Source: Polyangiaceae bacterium
Lineage (GTDB): Bacteria > Myxococcota_A > Polyangia > Polyangiales > Polyangiaceae
Assembly: GCA_965222375.1 (NCBI GenBank)
Contig: CBDCTZ010000016.1
Coordinates: 342,808 to 382,807, forward strand
Direction of reading: 5' to 3'
Length of the DNA: 40,000 nucleotides
Shown: positions 33,203 through 40,000 of the stretch, piece by piece
Position numbering within the stretch: position 1 is the stretch's first letter
How the letters are laid out: each line of letters starts with the position of its first letter
Made by a program: the position numbers and the translations under genes
Notes under the pieces: generated by a model
The model's database searches: none
Told to the model about the DNA's origin: nothing
What the model saw: the letters and a program-made list of their open reading frames with translations, nothing else

Positions 33203-33308
33203 GCGGATGAAGTCAAAGGCGCAGCCCGCTCGACGGGCTCTGCGGAGCGGATGAACCCAAAGGCCTAGCCCGGCCGACGGGCTCTGCTGAGCCAATGAAT
33301 CGAAGCCC
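33177..33308. repeat. three tandem 44-bp direct repeats starting inside the intI 3' end
   Basis: GCAGCCCGCTCGACGGGCTCTGCTGAGCGGATGAAGTCAAAGGC (33177-33220) is followed by two diverging copies (33221-33264, 33265-33308). Each carries a GCCCG...CGGGC hairpin. Confidence 0.8.
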
Positions 33309-33376
33309 GCCTGAAGTGCTCCGTCACCATCCACGAGGGTCGTTCGCGTGCCTCCGGCATGTATGAAAAACTGCGG

Positions 33377-33958
33377 TCAGCCCTCGCTTGCGCGAGGCGG
33401 AAACAACCGTGAGAGCTCCAGCTCGATGTCGGCGAAGGGCTCGATGCTCGACGTGTCGCCATCACCGTAGCTGCCGACTTCGACCCAGCTTTGGCCGTCG
33501 AGGCGAAGCGCCTCCAGCGTTCGGGCTTCGGGGTCGACGATCCAATAGTGGGCAACTCCGTGTTCGGCGTAGAGGCGACGTTTGGTCACGCGGTCGTGCG
33601 CGGCATTTCCAGGTGAGAGCACTTCGCAAACCCAGTCGGGGACGACGTCGATCGGTCGCGCATCCCAGGGATCGATTAGGCGCGAGCGTCGCCAGCCGGA
33701 GATATCCGGTCGTACGGCGTCGTGCTCCGCGAGGCGAACGTCGACCTCCAATAGGATCCACCACCCCCCAGGGCCGCCCCGACCATCATCGTCGTCGTAG
33801 GGTCCACCGACGAAGCGACCGAGGGTTCGTTGAACCCTCGAGTGTTTGGGTAGCGGTGAGGGAGTAACAGATATCTCGCCGCCCACGATTTCTGCGCGCG
33901 CGTCCGTTGGACCCTTCAATAGATCCTCGTAGGTTGCGCGCTTCTTCGCGGGCTGCAT
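33377..33958 (-). CDS. Uma2 family (DUF820) endonuclease
   Basis: PDWVCEVLSPGNAAHDRVTKRRLYAEHGVAHYWIVDPEARTLE is characteristic of Uma2/putative restriction endonuclease-fold proteins. Confidence 0.8.
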   Translation of the reverse strand: MQPAKKRATYEDLLKGPTDARAEIVGGEISVTPSPLPKHSRVQRTLGRFVGGPYDDDDGRGGPGGWWILLEVDVRLAEHDAVRPDISGWRRSRLIDPWDARPIDVVPDWVCEVLSPGNAAHDRVTKRRLYAEHGVAHYWIVDPEARTLEALRLDGQSWVEVGSYGDGDTSSIEPFADIELELSRLFPPRASEG

Positions 33959-34167
33959 TGCTCCAACTATAGCCCCTCGGCGTCGATCCTCCCATTACAG
34001 GCCGAGGCGAAAGAAGTGCCGTTGTAATTGCGAGAAGGAGGGCCAATGCGGGGTGGCTGGGCGCGCTGCTCAGCCTACGCGCCTGGGAACTGAAGCCAGA
34101 ACATCAGCGCCCGTTCGCTCCAGCTCCGTGTGTCCGCGGTTAGCTATGGGGCGATACAGGATGCCAG

Positions 34168-35121
34168 CTACCTCCCCGCGCGCTCCTCATGGCAGGCGTA
34201 GCTGAACACCGTGCGTTGTTTGACCGCGCCGTTCTTGTCCAGGTGATGAAGCTCGAGCAGGTTGCCATGGGCGTCGAACTTGCAGTCGTGCCGGGAGGTG
34301 GCGCTGCAGTGTTTCCGCGTGGTGGCTTCACCGAGCTTCTTCCTGGACGGAGTCCCTCGGCTCAGGTCCGTGAAGATCCCACCGGCGACGTCGAGTTCGA
34401 CTAGCGGCCTTCCAGAATTGCCCTCTTCAATGCCGCGTGGCGTTGCGGTAAGCAAGCGCCGACGCCTCGTGGGTTTGGCTTTCTTGTATGTGCGCGTCGA
34501 AACCATCTCGACCCGCTCGCCACAGGCGATGCAGCTGGCGGCTCCGGGCCTCTTGTTGATTGGCGCGCCGACATCGAGCAAGCAGATGATGCGCTCTCCA
34601 ACGAAGCACAGGCTCTGGTCGTTGGTCGGGCACAGGCAGAGCAGGGGTTTGTCCGTACGAGGCGTCAATCCGACGGGCTTCGCGGGTCCCCTCGCGGCCA
34701 CCCACGCGTCATCTTTGCGATCCTTGAACGAGTAGGTCGCCTCGTAGCTCCCGTTCTTGCGCTTGACCGACTCGGTCACTCGCCCGTCCGCATGGCGCTG
34801 AAAGTTGCGCGTCTCTTGCTTCCAACGTTTGGGTCCGGAGCGGGCGACATGCGCAACGGAGCTGACGAAGCCCTTGCTGTCGTAGGAGTAACTGCTGCTC
34901 GCGCCGATCACGTCGGGTGCGGCAAAGTCGCGCCAGCAGGGGCCGGTCCAACGTTGGCTGGTTGGACCTACGTGTCGCCGCAGTGGCTTTCCGAGGGGGT
35001 CTGGAAGTTTCGGACCCGCCCTCTTTGGCGTGATGTCGCATGCCAGCGACACGGTTGCCGCGAGCCACAGGATGTATCGCCAAGACACCCTGCTGCGCTT
35101 TGAGCCTTCACACCCCTTCAT
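34168..35121 (-). CDS. hypothetical lipoprotein
   Basis: 317-aa ORF with signal peptide and lipobox (TVSLAC|D). No confident family. Confidence 0.6.
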   Translation of the reverse strand: MKGCEGSKRSRVSWRYILWLAATVSLACDITPKRAGPKLPDPLGKPLRRHVGPTSQRWTGPCWRDFAAPDVIGASSSYSYDSKGFVSSVAHVARSGPKRWKQETRNFQRHADGRVTESVKRKNGSYEATYSFKDRKDDAWVAARGPAKPVGLTPRTDKPLLCLCPTNDQSLCFVGERIICLLDVGAPINKRPGAASCIACGERVEMVSTRTYKKAKPTRRRRLLTATPRGIEEGNSGRPLVELDVAGGIFTDLSRGTPSRKKLGEATTRKHCSATSRHDCKFDAHGNLLELHHLDKNGAVKQRTVFSYACHEERAGR

Positions 35122-35173
35122 CGCTACTTTCGCTTTGCCTGGCCCGCCTGCTAGCGGAAACGCGCTGCGCCAG

Positions 35174-36481
35174 CTAGCGGGTTGGCGTTTGCGGTGGCTT
35201 GCTGACCCAAGCTAGGCCAAAAGCGCCCGGGAGGCAGCTGCTGTCTCCGATTGCGACTTCGCGCTTCTTCAGGTGGGTGCGCTGGATCTTCGGGATCTTG
35301 AGTCCGCAGATCTCGACTCGGCGCAGCGTAACGATGGACAGCAGTGGGTCGAGATCACGGACCTTGGTTTCAGCGACATCCAAGAACTGCAGACGCTGGT
35401 GTTGCCATAGCGGCATCAGATCTGAGATGCGCGTACGGTTCACGTAGAGGTTTTCGAGCGCGCCGAGTTTCGCGACCAGTTTGAGGTCGCTGAAGTTCGT
35501 TTCGTCGAGCACCAACCACTCCAGCTTGGACAGTGCCGCGAGTGCGGAGAAGTTCGTCGCGGGCACTTTGCGTAGGCCGAGCATTTCGAGCGCGGTCAGG
35601 CCGCGCAGCGGAGTGAGATCGCTGACGCGGGTTTTGGCGAGGTTGAGACTCACCAGCCGCGACAGGCCGGCGAGGGGACCAATGTCGGAAACCTGTGTTT
35701 CGGAAAGATCCAGTTCCCGGAGTTGTGGCAGCCGCTTCAACGGGGCCAAGTCGCGCACGCCCGTGTCGTATAGGCCCAAGGACGTGAGCTGGCGCAAACC
35801 ACTCAGGGGGCGGATGTCGTTGACGAAAGTGTCGCCGAGCTGAAGCCAGCGAAGCTTCTCGAGGCCGGCAAGAGGCTTCAGATCGCTGACGGGGCAGCCG
35901 TGCAGATCCAGCCACTCGAGCTTGTTCAGGGACTCCAGCGGCGAAAGCCCTTTGATTGCGACTGAACGCAGGTTGAGCCCGCGCAGCTGGGTCAGCTTGG
36001 ATACAGGCGAAAGATCGATCTCCCGCGAGCCGCCGCTGTGGTGCAGCTTCAGGATCCGTAGGCTCTTGATGTGCCGCAGCGGCGCGACGTCGAGGCCCAT
36101 GTTGCGGATCTCCAGGTATTCGAGCTGCGGCAGTCGCCTCAGCGGCGACAGATCGATTTCGCCGAGGCTGTCGAGGATCAGCTTCTTGAGACCCATCAAG
36201 CCGCTGAGGCGCTCGAGATCTAGATCCTTGGGCAGGTCGTCGCCCAAGTACCGAGCGCACTCCAGTTCGACTTCGGTTCCCTTCAAGACCCGATTGCAGA
36301 ACTCGACTGGGTAGCTCTGTCGCGATTGCTCGGCGGGCGGAGGTGCCGGGGCAGAGGTCACCGGCGCTGCGACCTCACCCCCGGTTGCCTTGGTCGCTGG
36401 CGCGCTAGCGGCGGGATGCGGCGGTGGCGCGCAGGCGATCGCCATGCAGCACGCGGCGACGAAAACCCAGGACGACTTCAC
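35174..36481 (-). CDS. leucine-rich repeat (LRR) lipoprotein
   Basis: Lipobox MAIAC|A. About 14 tandem 22-aa LRR units (LxxLxxLxLxxTxVSDLxPLxG). Confidence 0.85.
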   Translation of the reverse strand: MKSSWVFVAACCMAIACAPPPHPAASAPATKATGGEVAAPVTSAPAPPPAEQSRQSYPVEFCNRVLKGTEVELECARYLGDDLPKDLDLERLSGLMGLKKLILDSLGEIDLSPLRRLPQLEYLEIRNMGLDVAPLRHIKSLRILKLHHSGGSREIDLSPVSKLTQLRGLNLRSVAIKGLSPLESLNKLEWLDLHGCPVSDLKPLAGLEKLRWLQLGDTFVNDIRPLSGLRQLTSLGLYDTGVRDLAPLKRLPQLRELDLSETQVSDIGPLAGLSRLVSLNLAKTRVSDLTPLRGLTALEMLGLRKVPATNFSALAALSKLEWLVLDETNFSDLKLVAKLGALENLYVNRTRISDLMPLWQHQRLQFLDVAETKVRDLDPLLSIVTLRRVEICGLKIPKIQRTHLKKREVAIGDSSCLPGAFGLAWVSKPPQTPTR

Positions 36482-36947
36482 GGAGCGAGCCTAGCAAGAC
36501 TTGCTCGCGGCTGCGGGGCTGGCGCGCGCTGAGCTTGGATTCTCGACGTCTGGGCGATGCTGGCTGGGCGAAAAAGACGAGCTTCAACTCGAACCGGTGC
36601 GGGTGGACTGGGTGTGCCTATCGGGTAGACGCATTGCGGGCCCACGCCCTGCGAGCCCCAACAAGCTTCCGCCCGCGCCAAACTGCGAGCCCAAGCTCGC
36701 GCCCCTGCCCTCCGCGTCCGCCTCACCCCTTCAGAGTGCTGGGAGTAAGAAGCCCAGAGACGACGAAGAAGACAGCACGCCAATTTGGACCTTCCCACTC
36801 GTTGGCGCGGTTCTGGTGGCCATCGTGCTGGTGGTCGTCAAAAGTCGTGAGTATGCCAACTGGTTCTGCGCCGGGGTGGGCCACTCGCTCCAACGCGGCC
36901 AACCGGCGTGGATTGGCATGACAGATCCGGGAGGCGGGTAGCCGTGC

Positions 36948-37952
36948 CTAGTCGTAGTAGGGGTCGAGGCGTAGCGCGCCCTTGCCCAAGGCCTGCACCC
37001 CCTCGCGGAGCTTCTCGTGTTGTCGCTTGCGCCACGCTTCGGCAGCGAGGCCGAAGACGGTTGGATCATCCAGGTCCACGTTCCAAGGCACCTGGCACAG
37101 CTGCTTCGCGCCCTCGACTTCGACCAAGCGAAGCGTGCCTCGAACCCGCCCCGGGCTGTACGTCTTGTCGGCTCGTTCCACTGGGCCGACACGCTCTTGC
37201 TCGTCGATCACGATGACGTGCTTAGGAAGCTCTCGGAGCTCGCAGGGCCCAAAAATCCGAGAGGGGGTCAAACATGCTGAGAACGGTGGGGAGCTCTTCA
37301 GTCCAGCCGGTTTCTTGCCGTCGAGCAATCTCCGGTCGAGTAGCGAGACTAAGTCTGAGGAGCGGGCCAAGGGCGGGCACTGCTTCTCGAGCTCAGTCCG
37401 AAGCGCGCGGCGCACGCGCTCGATCAGATCTCGCGCCACCCCCTCTCGCCTTGCTGCGGCTTCACGCTTGCCTTCATGCGCATCGAGCTCGCAATCGGCA
37501 AGTTCGAAGGCGGTTCCCATGTAGCGCCACCCCGCACTGTCCTTCGCCATACACACCGGAGTGGCATGACCGCCGCCAAGCCAAGCGTTGTCCACGTGAT
37601 TCGTGCGCACGGCACCCGTGAGGCGGTAGACGGTCGCGGTCACTTTCGTGAGCTTCGCCTTGGCGCAATCCACCGCGAGATCACCCCTGCTGAGCCGAGC
37701 ATGCTCGTAGACGGCGCAGACGTCTGCGGTGGCCTCTGGAGGAGATCGTCGGAGTTGATCCAGCTTGGCGCTGAGTTCCGACAGTCGCGAGTCCTTGCGC
37801 TCGTGAGTCTTGTTGACTGCGAGCAGCCCGAGACTACCGATGAGCAGCGTCATCAGCACTAGCCCGACTGCCAGCCACATCAGGCGACGGCGCCAGGGTG
37901 AAGGCTGCGAGTGAGCCGCGTTACCGGCACTGTTGGGCGTCAGGCTCGTCAT
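36948..37952 (-). CDS. membrane-anchored hypothetical protein
   Basis: 334-aa ORF with a single N-terminal TM (LMWLAVGLVLMTLLIGSLGLLAV). Confidence 0.6.
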   Translation of the reverse strand: MTSLTPNSAGNAAHSQPSPWRRRLMWLAVGLVLMTLLIGSLGLLAVNKTHERKDSRLSELSAKLDQLRRSPPEATADVCAVYEHARLSRGDLAVDCAKAKLTKVTATVYRLTGAVRTNHVDNAWLGGGHATPVCMAKDSAGWRYMGTAFELADCELDAHEGKREAAARREGVARDLIERVRRALRTELEKQCPPLARSSDLVSLLDRRLLDGKKPAGLKSSPPFSACLTPSRIFGPCELRELPKHVIVIDEQERVGPVERADKTYSPGRVRGTLRLVEVEGAKQLCQVPWNVDLDDPTVFGLAAEAWRKRQHEKLREGVQALGKGALRLDPYYD

Positions 37953-38115
37953 TGGGATCGCCTCCCTCGCTGGCTGGGTTGCGGGTTCGTCATCGGACTC
38001 GTTGCCATCGCCCGTTGGGGTGTCAGGCTCGTCATCGCCCTCGCCGCACGGGTAGTGGGCTTGTCATGAACCTGTTTCCCCCGGTTTCCGGGCGGACGCC
38101 TGCTCGTGAGAATGC

Positions 38116-38508
38116 TCAATAGCTCTCGCTTTGCGGCAGGCCATCGTTGATGTCGTAGTAGTCACCCTTGTCGCCCACGAAAGTGTGCTTGGAGAGGCGA
38201 ACGCCGGTGGGACAGTCGAACAGGCCCATGGCGACGGCGGTGAACTCGTAGCCCTCCCGGTTTGGCTTCCAGAACAGGGGCGAGCCGCAGGTACCGCAGA
38301 AACCGCGCCGGACCTGCTCCGAGGATTGAAACCACGTCACGTTGTCCCCACCGTGAATCGTCAGGGCACCGCGCCGCACGTTCGCGGCGGCGAAGAAATG
38401 ACTGGACGACTTTCGACACTGCGTACAGTGGCAGGCCTCCGGTTGATGCTCGAGCGCTCCCGCTACTTCGATGCGCACTGCGCCGCATAGGCACTTTCCC
38501 TTCAACAT
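38116..38508 (-). CDS. GFA (glutathione-dependent formaldehyde-activating / CENP-V) family protein
   Basis: MLKGKCLCGAVRIEV...CHCTQCRK...GFCGTCGSPLFW Cys motifs. An internal Met start is chosen. Confidence 0.8.
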   Translation of the reverse strand: MLKGKCLCGAVRIEVAGALEHQPEACHCTQCRKSSSHFFAAANVRRGALTIHGGDNVTWFQSSEQVRRGFCGTCGSPLFWKPNREGYEFTAVAMGLFDCPTGVRLSKHTFVGDKGDYYDINDGLPQSESY

Positions 38509-38738
38509 CTCGAGCCCTCCTCCGCATGCGTCTCGAGTCAACTAGCCGAAGGCGCTCCAGGGTGCCAGTTACCACCGATTACTTGGCTGAGCGCGGTTCA
38601 ACGCCAGGGTTGTCGGGGACTTGGGGGGTCGCGGAACAGGTGCGGCCCTGCTTTCCGTTCAGGTTGCCACGACCCCTAGCCGAGGGCACAATATGGTTAG
38701 TGTAGAGTGATTGGTGTCCCTTGCCCAAAGGTCAAAGA

Positions 38739-40000
38739 ATGACGTCGTGTTCTAGTCTGCGGTTCCCTACAGTTCTTGTCTTGGGCCTCTGCGCGGCCTC
38801 TGCTTGCGGCGAAGGTGATGACGGCGGAGCCTCTGGCACCGGAGGTGTCGGCAACACGGCGGGCACGGGTGGAACTCAAGCCACTGGGGGTAGTGGTGTG
38901 GGTGGGAGCGGCGCGACCGGAGGAAATGCGGCCAGTAGCGGTGCGGGTGGGAGCGGCGCGACCGGAGGAAATGCGGCCAGTAGCGGTGCGGGTGGCAGCA
39001 ACGTCGACGGCGGCGGTGGGCTCCCTTCGGACGCAGGAGATGGAGGCCCGAGCAAGGACATCGCCGCTATATCCGGTTCGGGAAAACCATCGTTGGGGCC
39101 GCTCGATGCCGGGGCATACAAGGAGGAACACGATCTTGCCTACGTCTTCACCAGCGGATCGAATTTTTATATTCGTGCTGGCTGCAAAGCGTGGAGCTCG
39201 CCAATCGTCGGCGGCGCACTGCTCTTCGATGGCGCGGGCAGCTACAAGAAGATGATCCACACCTGCCGCGCCCACAACATGCTCGGCATCAAAACCCCCG
39301 GGCAGAATTTCAGTCCCAATTGGCACAATCAGTATCACATCGCCGTTTTCCCTGGGCCTGGGGGAATCATCACCAACCACACCAGGTTCAAGTGGGACAA
39401 CGAGAACCACGCCGTGCCTGCCGTCAAGAACCCTGCTGGGTCGGGCGGTGTCGAGATGACACGCGTGTTCTACGACTACCAGGGCAAGCCTCGAAGCGCG
39501 CAGAGCTACTCTTGGGATGCCGCTGGCGGGATGTTCCCTCTCTGGAACGACGAAAAGGCGGCCCAGACGGTCTTCATCGATGCTCGTCGGGGCACTCTCG
39601 GTCCGATGGACCTCCGGCTAGACACGAGCGATGTCGAGCTTTGGACCGCAACTGCCTCGAAGGTGAGCAAGCACTCCCTCAAGGCTTTCGTAGCTCAGTA
39701 TCAAGCTCTCAGCATTTCAGGCATACCTGCACTTTGCGTTGGCGGTCGAGATCTCATCTTGGGACCGCGATTTAACGCAACGGATGTGCATTGGGCTCGC
39801 TGGGACTCCACAACCAGCTCGCTTTCTGCGCTGAAGAAGCTGCCCCTTGCCTCGAAAGCCAGGATCGACAGCTGCCACGGGGACGAGAATGGCATCTTTG
39901 TCGTCTGGCGTGACGAGCTCGACAAACGTCGGCTGCACTATTGGCGTTCGGCCACCAGCGGACTTTCCGTCGAGCCTATCAAACACTTCGATCCCAGCAC
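38739..40000 (+). CDS. lipoprotein of unknown function, 3' end beyond window (not in supplied ORF track)
   Basis: My manual translation from the ATG at 38739 found no stop to the window end. MTSCSSLRFPTVLVLGLCAASAC|GEG lipobox, a Gly/Ser/Thr-rich linker, then a globular region (...WHNQYHIAVFPGPGG...). Confidence 0.6.
   Translation, partial: MTSCSSLRFPTVLVLGLCAASACGEGDDGGASGTGGVGNTAGTGGTQATGGSGVGGSGATGGNAASSGAGGSGATGGNAASSGAGGSNVDGGGGLPSDAGDGGPSKDIAAISGSGKPSLGPLDAGAYKEEHDLAYVFTSGSNFYIRAGCKAWSSPIVGGALLFDGAGSYKKMIHTCRAHNMLGIKTPGQNFSPNWHNQYHIAVFPGPGGIITNHTRFKWDNENHAVPAVKNPAGSGGVEMTRVFYDYQGKPRSAQSYSWDAAGGMFPLWNDEKAAQTVFIDARRGTLGPMDLRLDTSDVELWTATASKVSKHSLKAFVAQYQALSISGIPALCVGGRDLILGPRFNATDVHWARWDSTTSSLSALKKLPLASKARIDSCHGDENGIFVVWRDELDKRRLHYWRSATSGLSVEPIKHFDPS
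38901..38990. repeat. in-frame 45-bp tandem duplication in the lipoprotein linker
   Basis: GGTGGGAGCGGCGCGACCGGAGGAAATGCGGCCAGTAGCGGTGCG x2, encoding GGSGATGGNAASSGA twice. Confidence 0.8.

Noticed and set aside
35370-36260. A 296-aa alternative-frame ORF lies within the LRR gene region.
   Set aside because: It is on the same strand but out of frame with a clear 22-aa LRR periodicity. Its Arg/Pro/Ala-rich composition indicates a spurious ORF.
36501-36941. A 146-aa plus-strand ORF with one hydrophobic segment lies between the LRR gene and the 334-aa gene.
   Set aside because: It overlaps other equally long ORFs in different frames (36424-36921, 36478-36798, 36731-37192). It has low-complexity composition and no recognisable motif. 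The evidence is insufficient to call a gene.

Overview
This is a high-GC window whose gene content (Ser/Thr kinase, FHA/sigma-54 activator, many Cys-rich lipoproteins, an LRR protein) looks myxobacterial; that taxon call is inference. About 1-13.1 kb and 33.3-40 kb are ordinary chromosomal genes. The centre, clearly 16.35-33.2 kb with decayed remnants back to about 13.8 kb, is a large sedentary-type chromosomal integron. It has an apparently intact integron integrase gene (intI, 32228-33202, +) and an attI region (about 31861-32010). Its minus-strand array holds 19 cassettes (14 distinct). The array is delimited by 18 full-length attC repeats, one split attC and further remnants, all bounded by GCCTAAC...GTTAGGC. 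The attC sites are unusually long (186-213 bp), highly conserved, and fall into two length classes that differ by a 26-nt insert. Three cassettes of unknown function recur as identical copies (B x4, A x2, C x2), and the duplication endpoints sit exactly on attC/attI cores. The two cassettes next to attI (B, A) copy an internal pair, which suggests recent integrase activity. The array carries several toxin-antitoxin cassettes: hicBA in inverted orientation, parE with an antitoxin, RHH-doc, and an addiction-module pair. The doc toxin gene is split by a 2,040-bp IS66-family element with 15-bp inverted repeats and an 8-bp target duplication, and removing it restores the reading frame. Distal attC sites show progressive decay: mutated cores, a 1-bp core deletion that removes a stop codon, and a split attC fused to a tRNA-like 3' fragment. 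Outside the integron, notable items are a 37-bp x ~7.5 non-coding tandem array upstream of the sigma-54 activator gene, a vapBC-type TA pair with a perfect 22-bp palindromic operator, and a triple 44-bp direct repeat of the intI 3' end. Coordinates I derived by eye (attC ends, IS ends, revised starts) may be off by 1-2 bp.
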